Part shown: positions 44,447 through 60,190 of the stretch, in pieces
Numbering within the stretch: position 1 is the stretch's first letter
Layout: the number at the start of each line of letters is the position of its first letter
Assembly: GCF_009914755.1 (NCBI RefSeq)
Contig: NC_060939.1
Origin: the human T2T-CHM13v2.0 reference genome, Homo sapiens
Reading direction: 5' to 3' (one strand)
DNA length: 64,000 nt
Made by a program: the position numbers and the translations under genes
The notes under the pieces: model-generated
Database searches by the model: none
The model's input: only the letters and a program-made list of their open reading frames with translations
What the model was told of the DNA's origin: nothing

Positions 44447-45626
44447 GTAGGTATCCTCCACACGGGAAGTTATTCTTGTCTAACAACACACTGGTAAAGT
44501 GAAATAAGTGTGTTTATAAATGCCCTACACAATATAGTCTTAGTAAAACTGATTATGCTTTTGCAAATAATATTGTTGACATTATAGTATCATGACAGCA
44601 ATGCTTATTAGAGAAGAAATCACTTATAAAATTGCATGTACCAAGAATCCAATTAAGTTAAATTATATTCACATAGGGAAGAAGGCAGTTGGCCAGATGA
44701 AGTGCTTATGTTAGGGTAGTAATGTGATGAGTGATTTCTCATTGTTTTTTAAATATTCTGTTACATATTTACTACTTTTATATAAGTATTTAAGAAAAAG
44801 CTGCTACACAGTAAAATTAGATGTAATAGTATAATAGTTGTGTAACTATATACAATGTAATATAATTGTCTGTGTAACTCAGCAGTTGGACAGTAGTTAC
44901 ACAAATGTAGAAATGTCTTCTGAAAAGGAACATATACATACCCAGATTTGATTTAACGGTGAGAATTATTTTTAAACTACCAGCAAATTCCTTACCTTAC
45001 TTTGTCTTTTGCCTTCATACTCTCAGGAGGGGTCTCTATTCTGGTTCCCATTGTAAAATATTCTAGAGAAAAATACGGTAGTCATTGGACAGATGCTGTT
45101 CTGAGAGTTGTGTGCTCTGAGGAAAAGGGCACTGGGTTTGGGAGTCAGTGATCTGGATTAGGTCTCAGCTCTGCTGCCTACTGTATGTTCTGGATAAATC
45201 ACTCAAGTGGTATTTCTGCCTCATGGTTAAGTACATGGGTTTCAAAGTCACATATGCTTGGCATCTTCTCTTACTAAGTAGGTGGCTTTAACAGGTTACT
45301 TCTGCCTCAGCCTCAATCCCTCCTTTATAAAATGGGGATAATAATTATTTTTACCTCAGGGCGATTGTGAGGATTCAGTAAGCACATAGTAAATACCTAG
45401 TAAATATTCCTGGTAATGTCAGGTTTTACTTATTTGTAAGTAGAAATATGAGGACTCTGTGATTAATAAATTCCCTTCTACCTCTAATAATGATCAAATC
45501 TATCTTTTTCATAGTTTTCACATTAATAATAATTGGGAAAATGGTTATTCTGTCTTTTAGTACACTACATTCTTCTTTAGGCATATTGACAATAATATTC
45601 TCAACTAATTAGGGCTTCTCACGTAG

Positions 45627-45861
45627 GTTGCTGATGTGGACCCTGGTGAAGGCTGGCCCCCCATCACTGGAGTTATTTCCCCACTCTCTGCCAGTGCTAT
45701 GATCCTCACTGTGTGCCGCACCAAGGAGGCTGAATTTCAACGACATGTTCTCCAAACAGCTGTGGCTGACAGCCCCCGGGACACAGCTTCCCTTTTCTCA
45801 GATGTTGTGGATAGTATATTGAATCAGACTCATGATTCGCTTGCAGATACTGCTTCTGCTG
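45627..45861 (+). CDS. TICRR: TICRR coding exon 4
   Basis: cgtag|GTT; VADVDPGEG...DTASA; donor CTG|GTAAGC; 235 nt. Confidence 0.95.
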
Positions 45862-46314
45862 GTAAGCTCCTAAACCAGTAACTAACAGAGTCTAGGGTGG
45901 TTTGCAGTCTTTTCCAGCATCGGGACTTTTTCACTGTGCAGTTAGTAGAACCCCAATATGTTATAACACAGATGAAAGAAAGCTATAATACTTCAGGCAG
46001 TTTAAATCATTATTATTTATAGAATTCCTTAAGTACTTCTGAGGAGGCTGCAGGTTCCATGAAACCAGTCTGAAATCGAAGTCATGGTTTTTAATATATT
46101 TAAGAAATACTGCATATAAAACTGTAGTGATTCTATCTACCCTGCATTGCATTGTTACTACTAGCATTGCAACTAAATGCATTGTTACTACTAAATCTAC
46201 CTAGCATAAATAAGGTTTGTATCATGTTAGTATTACAAACCTTATGTAAGCTAGGTAGATTTAAATATACGTATACATATATATATATATAAAATCAACT
46301 TGATATTTCTTTAA

Positions 46315-49150
46315 TTCATTCATTCATTCAACAGATTTGAGTACCTGCTGTATGGCAGGCACTGTTTGAAGTACTGGGACTATATTAGAGAACAAAATGG
46401 ACAAAGATGTCTTCCCATGGAGCTGACCATCTAGTCCAGGGAGACAAAACAATAAGTCAGGAAAATTACGGTTTAGTCTAAAGAGACAAAAATTGTAGTA
46501 GTAAAGCAGAAACAAAGGAATGGGGTGTGTTAGGGTAGGGAGGGTTGCAATTTTAAGTAGGGTGGTCAGGGAAGGCCTTGCTGAAAAAATGATATTTGAG
46601 CAAAGGCATGAAGGAAGTGATGGCAGGGAGTTGCTGGTAGAGGCGACAGCGAGTGCCAAGGCTCAGAAGGGTGTTAGAGGAATGGCAGGGAAGCCTGTGG
46701 CTGCAGTGAAAGGAGCAAGGAGAGAGTAGGAGGGGGTGAGGTCAGAGAGCCAGCAGCAGACCAAACTGGGCAGGGCTTTACAGGCACTGAAAAGACTTTG
46801 GCTTTTACTGTGAGTGAGAGAGGAAGCCTTTGGGTGATTTTCTGCAGTGACACCATCTGACTTATGTTTTAACAGCATTACTCTGGCTTCCATATTGAGA
46901 TTTGACTATAGAAAGGCAAGGATAGAACCAGTCAGACATATTACAATAATCCAGGCAAGAGATGGTGGGAAATGTAGGGAGTTGGAAGTAGTTGGAGCTC
47001 TTGGATATATTTTGAAGGTAAAGCCAACAAAATTTGCTGTTAGATTAAATGTGTAGAGTGAGCTGTAGGGAAATTGAAAGTGACTCCAGAGACTTTTGCC
47101 CTAAGCTACTGGTAGAAAGCAGTTTCTTTCTGAGATAGGGAAGGCTGTGGGAGAACCAGGGGCTGGGGTGGTGAGGACTGGAGGGTTTGTTTTGGGCATG
47201 GTAAGTCTGAGTTGTTCATTAGACATCCACACATGGTATTGAGTAGGCATCAACTATGCATGTTTGAGTTTGGGAGATTTGTCTGGACTAGAGATGATGG
47301 GAGTCATCAGTGATGTTTTAAAGCCATGAGATGGGTTAAGATCACCATGGGGGTGGGCGTAGATGGGAAAGAGAAGGGGACTAAGGACTAACCCCTGCAC
47401 CCTAATGTTAAGCAGTCTGGGGAATGAGGAGAGAGAAACCAGCAAAGGAGACAAAAGGGGGACAGTCGCTGAGTTAAAGAAAACCCAGATTGTGGTACCC
47501 TGGAAGCCAAGTGAAGACAGGAAATGCTTGGCTGGGTTATTTACTACTGACAGGCCAAGGAAGATGAAGGCTGGGAGCTGACATTCAACTGAGCAATGTG
47601 GATGCTCGGGATACCATCACAACGTGATGGTTGTGATACTAGTTTTGGTGGAATTGTGAGGGTAGAAGTGTGAGTGGGAATACGTTCAGGAGGGACTGTG
47701 AAAAGAGGAAAACAGCAAGTGTGGACAATTTTTTGGAGTAGTTTTGATCTAAAAGATATTAGAGTAATGAAAACAGTGGCTAGAGAGGGAAGAAGAGTCA
47801 AGGTTTTTGGTTTTGATTTTTAGAAATAATAATAGCCTGCTTGCATGTTGATGAGATAATATGGTAAAAATTAATGCAGGGGATGGAGAGAATTGCTAGT
47901 TAGAGGGCTTTGAGGAAGTGCAAGTGGAGGGGTTGGTCTTGGGAACAAGCACAGTTCATCTGTGACAACTGGGGGAAGGCAAAAATGTAAGGGCTGGGAT
48001 GCCAAGGTGAGTGATGTTGGTGTGAGTGTACGGGGTTCTCTTCCGATTGCTTCAGTTTTTTTAGTGAGTTAGGAAGTGACATCATCAGCTGAAAATGAAG
48101 ACTTAAGGAGATGCTGGAGGCTGAGGAGAGAGGGGAGGAGGAAGTGGCTCTTGAGAGGGTGAAGATAGCAGGAAGGTGGAGGAAGTTTGCCGGGATAGTC
48201 GTGAAGGTAAAGTGAGATCCCTCTGTGGGCTTGCCTGCCTCCAGCCACATTCACCAGCTGGCACAGCTGCAGAGTAGGCAGGGAGCTGGATTAACCAGGG
48301 TTGGGATTTTCCCAAATGAGGGTGGTAAAGCTAGAGAGGGGTCAGGGATTCAAAAGTGTGAACAGGAAGAGATTACAGGATTTGTCCATGGAACGAGGCA
48401 GGGTAAGGAGGGAAGTGAGGACAACGGAAGGACAGGCGATCAGATCAATGGGTTATAGGGGTCTCAGGATTTCTGGAGCCAATCTGCTCAAAGGAGAGAG
48501 CTAAAAAATAGGTGGAGGTGGTCAGAATGGGGTGCTTGAGATCATAGAGGGTGGTGACCAGGGGGAGAGAGTGACTGAAGGAGGGCAACACGCTGGGGCA
48601 CCAGAGGTGAGGAATTCAAGGGGACAAAGGCCAGAGTGTTGGTAGCATCAAATGTGTGTATGGAAGTTATCCAGAGTTAAGACTGAGTAGTACTGGAGAG
48701 ACTGACGGTGGTGAGTCGGGAGCTAACAGTCTTTGAGGAGTAAGGGGGAATGATCCAGGCTTGTTAGATGACTATGAGCGTGTAGCCTTTGATGTGAGAC
48801 TCAAAGCTGGATTTTTGTCGTTATTTTCAGCAGGTAGAGGGAAAATGATCTGGAAGAGGCAAGGAGGATACCAGCCCACCTCAGGGCCAAGTGGAAAAAG
48901 AGCATGGCGGGGGAACAGCAAGCTCTCTCCAGCGCTGCAGGGGAAGCAGTGTGTTCAGGGCAGGAGGAGATGGAATTGAGGACATAGGGGATTTTGCTGA
49001 TGAGGGTCAGTGAGTTCCAGAGGGCAGGGTGGGAGGATTTTACGTGTGGAAGGGCTAGGCTGTGGTGCCAGGATGGGAGACGGAAGGAGCAGTGAGGAGA
49101 TTCCAGTGGGCAGACTGGAGTGACCTGGGGGTCTAGGGCTTCGCCTGACG
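46315..49150 (-). mobile_element. Long L2 relic in TICRR intron 4
   Basis: L2 3' terminus (ttcattcattcaac) at 46315; degenerate RT motif QGLVLSPLLFPIY near 47350-47400; endonuclease N-terminal motif ALWNSLTLISKIPYVLN near 48975-49025. Confidence 0.8.
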
Positions 49151-49754
49151 GGAAAAAGCAGCTATGAAGGGGAGCATGAGATTGATTCCTGATGGTTTCA
49201 ACGCAGCTAATGGTGCTGAACCTGTGAGTTTGGGGGGTAAGAAGGGTGGGTGTTTGGCCCACCCCGACTCCTGCCCATGTCGGCGTGGAGACTAGAAGGA
49301 GGGCATCTAACTCCGAGGGCCTAGGGCTCCCTCCAAAGCCCTGCCCAGGCGGCCAGTGGAGGGTGGCCTTGTTTTTAGCATGGGGCTCCTGCTTGACATT
49401 TGCTGGAAGAGGTGCAGGTAACTCTGAGGGGCACTCTCTTTCCATGCAGAGGGAGGCTTGAGACTTGGAGGCCTGAGGCAGGTATTTTTGGCCTTTCTCC
49501 CCTAATCCAGCATACAACGACTTGAGAAGAAATCATGTCATGTTTATTCTCATAGACCTTTACTGCACTTGTCTGAATTTTGTAATATAACAGCAAATGC
49601 AATTATAGGCATTTATGCTGTCCTGTGATGTGAAGTTTCTTTTGCTTGTTTAAAAAATTCTACAAAATCTTACACTAAAAATAATAGCTTTGGGAAAACT
49701 ACAGTTGGGGCAGACTTCTCAAAATCTTTGGTAGTGATAAAAACTAAGACAATC

Positions 49755-49880
49755 CTGGGTGTGGGGACACATGCCTGTAATCCCAGCTCCTCAGGATGCT
49801 GAGGCAGGAAGATCGCTTGAGCCCAGGAGTCCAAGACCAACATAGCAAGACCCTGTCTCAATTAAAAACAACAAAAAAAA
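49755..49880 (+). mobile_element. Alu monomer (FLAM-like)
   Basis: Single arm plus A tail. Confidence 0.75.
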
Positions 49881-51042
49881 GTGCAATCCTAATAAAAATT
49901 CTAGTTTGATTAAAAGACACATTAAATCCATAATAAGTAAAGTCCATAATAAATATACCTTGTCCTTTAAAAGAAAGGTGAAGATGGCATGATGGAAGGG
50001 TTGAGGCTGTGGTATTATGGAGACAGGGGCCAATGACAAAGATAGGGAACTATATCATAAGCACTTTCAAGAAAGTGCACGTGGCCAAACAGCCAAGGAG
50101 AAGAAAAGGAGAAGAATACGGGTTGAAAGGACGTAGTGTACAGCACTGCGCTCCTCTGGCTTGTTGTATTTAGTTATGTTTGTGCACTTTGAATTCAGCT
50201 GCTACTTGGTGGTATAAAATATTAGCACATTAGGAATGATCACATAACCAAAGCAACGTAATATTTTGTACTACTGTCACTACCTTACTTACCAATTGTG
50301 TGTAGGCTATTTGTAGAAAATTTTGTATTGTAGAACAGACTGTATCTTGACTATTTATATAGTCTTGGAAGCAGCTCAGAAAACTGTATTTTGGAATCTG
50401 GTAAAGGAAGAACTGCAGTATTTTACCAGTACTCTCTGCTGTAGCATGGCCCACAGTTTCTTCCAGGTTATAAATCAGTGTGCCGGCTTATTGTCCAGTC
50501 TCCCCACCATGCTCCATCTGGGTGAGGTCCTATTCATGCATTGGTACCTAGCCCAAATACTGCATTCTCCATGAGACCTTCCTTGCCCATCTAGACGGAG
50601 TTAGCATGTGCTAACATTTATACGTATCTCCATGACTTCACAAGAGTGGATCTACTCTTCCTATACTGGGAGCTCCTTTCGAAGTAGGCATTGTATTTAT
50701 CTCTGAATTCTTTCACTGATAGAAAGCCTAGAACTTGGTTGTCTCAATAAGTTTGAATACATTTTAAGTATTTGGGTTTTTTTCCCCAAGACTTCATTAA
50801 TGTCTAACATTTCATTTGTCTGGGGTCTTAGATGGATCTCTCAGAATTACAGAGTTCACTGAAATTTCTGTTACTGTTCCCCCAACCACCTCCTCCATCA
50901 GGCTTATTTTAAGAGAGCCTTCTACCCTCACACTCCCCAATACAGAGCCACATCTTCTTATTTCCAATTTTCCTACTCAGTGCAGCAGAACTGTGATATT
51001 CTGCAGTTTTGTTACTGTATATTTATTCTTGTACAAAGCCAA

Positions 51043-51342
51043 TTTTTGTGTGTGTGTGTGTGAGACGGAGTCTCGCTCTTGTCACCCAGGCTGGAGTGCA
51101 GTGGCGTGATCTCGGCTCACTGCAACCTCAGCCTCCCGGGTTCAAGCTTCTCCTGCCTGAACCTCCCGAATAGCTAGGAATACAGGCACCTGCCACCACG
51201 CCCAGCTAATTTTTGTACTTTTAGTAGAGACGGGGTTTTGCCATGTTGGCCAGGCTGGTCTCAAACTCCTGACCTCAGGTGATCCACCCACCTCGGCCTC
51301 CCAAAATGCTGGGATTACAGGCGTGAGCCACCGTACCCAACC
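51043..51342 (-). mobile_element. AluS with (TG)n tail
   Basis: TSD tacaaagcca. Confidence 0.9.
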
Positions 51343-51366
51343 ATACAAAGCCATTTTTAAGAACAG

Positions 51367-51670
51367 GACCAGGCACGGTGGCTCACACCTGTAATTCCAG
51401 CACTTTGGGAGGCCAAGGCAGGCGGATCACCTGAAGTCAGGAGTTCGAGACCAGCCTGACCAACATGGAGAAACCCCGTCTTTACTAAAAATAAAAAATG
51501 AGCTGGGTGTGGTGGCACGTGTCTGTAATCCCAGCTACTCAGGAGGCTGAGGAAGGAAAATTGCTTGAACCCGGGAGGCGGAGGTTGCGGCTCATGAGCC
51601 AAGATCGTGCTGTTGCACTCCAGCCTGGGCAAGAGCGAAACTCTGTCTCAAAAAAATAAATAAATAAAAA
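51367..51670 (+). mobile_element. AluSp/Sq
   Basis: Alu dimer; TSD aagaaca. Confidence 0.9.
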
Positions 51671-51965
51671 GAAGAACAATATATATTTTTAACCTGTTTA
51701 GAGGAACATTTCAGAAATGAGAGGATTTATAGCCAGTAATAAGAACAAAAGACTTTAAATTGTGTCTGTATGTTTTTCAGTAGCATTTTTTATTTACCAC
51801 ATAGGCCTGTAGCAGTTTGTGGTGCCGGAGAACAAATGTTAACTGTGCACTTTGTATGTTCTTTGGAGGGATGCAGTCAGTCCGGGGGAGGAGCAAGTGC
51901 TTAGAATTCTCTGCTTTGGTTCTCATGCTGTTTCCTCTCCTGCCGCTGCTCCTTTGCTCCAATAG

Positions 51966-52095
51966 CTTCTCCTGTTCCAGAGTGGGCCCAGCAGGAGCTT
52001 GGCCACACCACTCCCTGGAGTCCAGCTGTTGTGGAAAAGTGGTTTCCTTTCTGTAACATCAGTGGTGCCAGTTCCGATTTGATGGAGTCATTTGG
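51966..52095 (+). CDS. TICRR: TICRR coding exon 5
   Basis: aatag|CT; [10 protein letters not shown]...LMESF; donor TGG|GTAAAA; 130 nt; phase fits both neighbours. Confidence 0.93.
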
Positions 52096-52159
52096 GTAAA
52101 ACGTTTTTATATCTCTTGAGTATTGATTATTAAAATCAACGTTCAGTTATCTGCATTTT

Positions 52160-53340
52160 TTTCTTAACAGACCACATTCTCTGAGTATAGTCTAATAATA
52201 TTAAAAAGTAGTTACAAAAATAAAATACTCTCATACTTAATATATATTGTGAGAGTATGTTAGCTAGATAATATGTTAACAATATATAAATATATACCTG
52301 CCAAAAATTCTTTAAAATTTACCAAAGTAATTCGTCAAGTTAAATATAAATAAATACTCCCTTAAAGTGAGAAAATATTTATAACTAAGTATCAATGCAA
52401 ATAGAAAACAGCAAACTTGAATAATGCAGCTGAATTTATACTTAAAGAAGTATTTGCAGACCGTTTTTGTAAGGAAAAAAGTTAACAACCGATTACTAAG
52501 AATCCAACATGAGAAGTAAATAAGAAAGTAACCTCCACCCTACAAAAGATAACAACAGAAATAAATAGAAAACAAATAAATGTAAGTGATCAAGAGAAAC
52601 AAAAGATGGTTCTTTGAAAAGCCAAATAAAATAATCTATAGCAAGATCAAGCAATTAAAAGACGAACAATATTAGAAATGTAAACGATATGGCAGAAATT
52701 CAAACTATTATTAAGAGGTATGGTTGACGTTTATTTTCTCCACACATATATCCATTCAGTTGTTCCAACACCATTTGCTAAAAGACTATCTTTTCCCACT
52801 AATAACTGTGGTACCTTGTCAAAAATCAACTGGCCACCTTTGTGCAGATTGATTTCTAGACAGAATACAGTCCAGAAACTATGTTAATACCACATTATCT
52901 TCAATATTGCATTATAGCAATACCATATACTGTAGCTTTATAGCACCAGTCACTAAATCAGGTAGTGTAAGTCCTCTAAACTTTGGTTTCGTTTTTTTAA
53001 AATTTTTTTGGTTATTTTAGATACTTCGCATTTTCATATAAACTTCAGAACCAGCTTGTCAGTTTCCACGCACACAAACATCTGTTGAAACTCTAGGAGT
53101 GCATTGAATCATAGATAAATTTGGGAAGAACTGACATCTTAACAATGTTGAGTCATCCGATCCATGAACATGGTGCAGCTATCCATTTATTTAGGTCTCT
53201 CTTTAATCTCCCTCAGTGTTTTGTAGTTTTTAATGTACAAATGTGGCCCATGTTATTTTTAAAAATTATCTCTAAGTATTTTTATGAGATGTAAATATTG
53301 AAGAGTTTGAAGATAGTATGATTGTCTTTATAGAAAATCC
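52160..53340. mobile_element. Rearranged ancient L1M fragments (plus-strand block joined to minus-strand block), intron 5
   Basis: ORF2-like A-rich block (tggttctttgaaaag) followed by T-rich block (agttgttccaacaccattt...ccatgaacatgg). Confidence 0.7.
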
Positions 53341-53341
53341 A

Positions 53342-53611
53342 GGCCCGGCATGGTGGCTCACACCCGTAACCCCAGTACTTTGGGAAGCCAAGCCAGTGAA
53401 TCTCTTGAGGCCTGGGGTTCAAGACCAGCCTGACCAACATGGTGAAACCCCGTCTCTACTAAAAATACAAAAAAATTAGCCCGGCGTGGTGGCACATGTC
53501 TGCAGTCCCAGCTACTTGGGAGGCTGAGGCACAAGATTCACTTGAATCCAGGACGCGGAGGTTGCAGCAAGCCAAGATCGCGCCACTGCACTCCAGGATG
53601 GGCGACAGAGC
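53342..53611 (+). mobile_element. AluS, 3' end missing
   Basis: Alu consensus stops at gacagagc. Confidence 0.85.
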
Positions 53612-54333
53612 ACCACACACTTAGGGAGGATTAATCTGCTTCATATTGGCTATATGAATGAAGCTGATAGACCCAACACATATTCCACCCTGTGATATCT
53701 GTTCAACTAATATCACCGTAACTTTCTTGCACTTTTTAATCAGTTATATCAGATAATGGAAAATATTAAAATACAAATAACACATTTTGAATGTTGTGCC
53801 ATTTTCATAATTTCCTTAATGACAGATATTTAGCTCTAGGTGGAAAAGGATTTAATAACTAATCACCCCTCCTGCCTGCCCTACTTCCTCCTCTTCTCAT
53901 CAATCCCAAATTAGTTTATTACAATGTGAAAGAATTATTCGAAGTCATTGCAATACTTACTACAATGTGTTAACATCATTTTGTACTTTGATATATGGAA
54001 ACTGAGTAAAAAGTAACTATGGAAGCTTGAAGTGAAATAGTTGCCATAATTAGACTTGCATCCTAATTCATGAAGAATCCTATTAATAAAAGTCAATATT
54101 ATATGTAATGGTTAATGGTTTTGTGAACAAGACAGCTTTGGTTCCTGCATTCGTTCAAATCGAAAATGAGAGGAGGGACATTTTCTCTCCTAAGAAAATA
54201 TATTTTTGAAGGCATCTTGTGGGGACATCTTTTTGGTTAGCTTTTTAGAGGATAGTGGGTATTTTGGTGTTATTTCTAAAGCATTTTGCAAAATTAGAAT
54301 GTTGGTTTTATTCTAGACATCTTGACTTCACAG

Positions 54334-54473
54334 GTTACTACAGGCTGCCTCAGCTAATAAGGAAGAGTCTTCCAAAACTGAAGGCGAATTAATACATTGC
54401 CTTGCCGAGCTCTACCAGAGAAAATCTCGTGAAGAATCCACTATAGCTCATCAAGAAGACAGCAAAAAGAAAC
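54334..54473 (+). CDS. TICRR: TICRR coding exon 6
   Basis: cacag|G; [10 protein letters not shown]...DSKKK; donor AAC|GTATGT; 140 nt. Confidence 0.93.
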
Positions 54474-55311
54474 GTATGTACCTAGAAAGGCTGTTTCTTA
54501 AGGCATTCTTTTTTGAGACTGTATGTTTTAAAAGATGGGCATTTCCTGAAATGAGGTTGAAATGGTAACTAAATAAAGAAGGGCAAATTTTTATATTTAA
54601 ATTTTAAAATAATTACATTAGTTCAATAGTGATTTTTAAAAAATCAACCAGTCTTATCTGTCTAATGAATAAGCCATCTTCATTTTTAATTATGATAGAA
54701 ATTCAAATACAACTTTGTGTTCTGCTTATTAGTATTTTTTCTTTTGCTACCTTGCCTTTTTAGATATTATTCCATCTCATTGCTTAACTAAATTTACAAA
54801 ATTCTCATGTTGTTGAACATTTAGATTGCTTTCAGTTTTCATCATTATAAATAATACTGTAGTATACATTATGCGTATAATTTGTTTTTTAAGTAATTAC
54901 CTTAGCAGAAGTTTCCAGGAACCAGTTACTGTGTCAGGGTATGAAAACTGGCTCTTTATGTAGATTGCTAAATTGTCATTCAGAAATTTTCATCACCATT
55001 TTTCGTGGCCATTGGGTAACACCAAAATAAGTCTGTTTGGCATTTGCCTTATGGGAAAACCATCCATTGAGATGTTTAGTTCCAATCCAATCATATTGAG
55101 ATGTTTAGTTCCTAAACTTCGGTTAAAAGAAAGGTTCTCTTTCTACCCTGTGTGTGGGCAGAAAGAGATGCAAGAACTTCCTAATTCAAATCATTCTGGA
55201 GGGATATGCTTCATTTTGATATTCTTTCACAGTAATCTGAATTAAAGTAGTTCTTCTTTCCACAGAAGTGGAAGGCAATTTACTTTCCCTCCTCTGATGT
55301 TGTTTTGGTAG

Positions 55312-55530
55312 GAGGGGTCCCTCGTACTCCAGTGAGACAGAAGATGAATACCATGTGTCGTTCCTTAAAGATGTTGAATGTCGCAAGGCTGAATGTGAAG
55401 GCCCAGAAGTTACATCCAGATGGCAGTCCGGATGTGGCTGGGGAGAAAGGAATCCAAAAGATACCTAGTGGGAGAACAGTGGATAAATTGGAAGACAGAG
55501 GAAGAACACTAAGAAGTTCTAAACCTAAAG
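55312..55530 (+). CDS. TICRR: TICRR coding exon 7
   Basis: ggtag|GA; [10 protein letters not shown]...SSKPK; donor AAG|GTATTC; 219 nt, symmetric phase 1-1. Confidence 0.94.
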
Positions 55531-55707
55531 GTATTCCTCTTAGTCTATAATTTACTCTTTTATACCCCGCTTTTTTAAAAATAAAATTTAATCGTACCCT
55601 TAGTTTATTGACTATCTGCTACATGCACAAAAAGGTGTTATGGTGAATACAGTAAATAATAAGATAATGTGCTATTCTTAGATTTATGATCTAGCTACAA
55701 AGATAAG

Positions 55708-55808
55708 GGAGGCGGAGGTTGTGGTGAGCCGAGATTGCACCACTGCACTCCAGCCTGGGAGACAGAGCGAGACTCTGTCTCAAAAGAAAAAGAAAAAAAG
55801 AAAGAAAA
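55708..55808 (+). mobile_element. Alu 3' fragment
   Basis: gggaggcggaggtt...gtctc plus A tail. Confidence 0.82.
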
Positions 55809-55964
55809 TTCTGAGGTGTAAATTTTATGCTGCTTTACAGATTTTTTTTTTTCCTGTGGAATGTGAGAGCCATAGATGATAATCAGTTTGAATGGGACAG
55901 AACACCTTTAGTGGGCTAGTAAAGGTGTGTGAAATGTGCTTGATACATGTAAGGGAAGGCTGAA

Positions 55965-57110
<1,146 letters not shown>

Positions 57111-57160
57111 TAGTCTTCCACTATTGTATTGTCTTTGCTCCTTTGTCAAAGATCAGTGGA

Positions 57161-58042
<882 letters not shown>

Positions 58043-58194
58043 TTTTTTGTTTGTTTGTTTGTTTGTTTGTTTGTTTAGTAGAGATGGGGTTTCACCGTGT
58101 TAGCCAGGATGGTCTCGATCTCCTGACCTCGTGATCCGCCCACCTCAGCCTCCCAAAGTGCTGGGATTACGGGCGTGAGCCACCACACCCGGCC
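58043..58194 (-). mobile_element. Left-arm-only AluY-type element with (TTTG)n tail
   Basis: TSD agtt(t/c)caggagtttt. Confidence 0.85.
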
Positions 58195-58281
58195 CAGTTC
58201 CAGGAGTTTTGTTGTTTGTTCTTTCAGATTTTCTAATCATGTCATATCACCAAAGACAGTTTTATTTCTTCCTACCTTTAA

Positions 58282-58954
<673 letters not shown>

Positions 58955-58969
58955 TTAATCACTTATCTC

Positions 58970-59186
58970 TGTAGTTTCTCAATCTCTGGACTATTGACAT
59001 TTTAGACCAGATAATTCTTCGTTGTAGGGCTGTCCTATGCATTGTAGGATGTTTAACAGCATCCCTGGCTCCTACATACTAGACGGCCAGCAGCCACCCC
59101 CGCCCCCACCACCATCAGTCATGACAATCCAGACAAGGCCAAATGTTCCCTGCAAGGAAATATTTTCCCCAGTGGACAACAACTGG
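58970..59186. mobile_element. MER20 DNA transposon
   Basis: actattgacatttt...gataattctt...tgtcctatgcattgtaggatgtttaacagcatccctggc. Confidence 0.8.
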
Positions 59187-59249
59187 CCTAAGTAATACAA
59201 GGACTTGAGCAAGATATGATTAATCCATTTTATTTTATTTTTTTCTCAG

Positions 59250-59401
59250 ATTTTAAAACTGAGGAAGAGCTGCTATCATATATACGTGAAAATTACCAAA
59301 AGACTGTGGCCACAGGAGAAATCATGTTGTATGCATGTGCTCGAAACATGATCTCAACCGTTAAAATGTTCCTAAAATCAAAAGGCACCAAGGAATTAGA
59401 A
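59250..59401 (+). CDS. TICRR: TICRR coding exon 8
   Basis: ttctcag|AT; DFKTEEELL...TKELE; donor GAA|GTAAGA; 152 nt. Confidence 0.95.
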
Positions 59402-59686
59402 GTAAGAGGGTCCAGATATTGTTGTTTGTCATGGATGTAGTGGTTGGTTGGTTGGTTGGTGGTGGATTTGGTTAGTGTCTTGGAAAATGTCTGTTATGTC
59501 ATATGTGATTCAAAAATGGTAAGATAAGTAAGGGAGTAAGTACAGTTCCAGATCTCAGAAGGTGGATATGGTGAACTGGTAAGGCAGAAATCAAAGAGAT
59601 GGGGTGAGCGGGGATAATTACATATAATTCTCTCCTAATGAAAAGCCTTTCCTCATGTGAGCTATATGTTAGCTGCATGATTAAGC

Positions 59687-60190
<504 letters not shown>

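Noticed and set aside
48801-49517. 238-aa minus-strand ORF
   Set aside because: It overlaps the decayed L2; only a short stretch resembles L2 ORF2 and the rest looks like a chance open frame.
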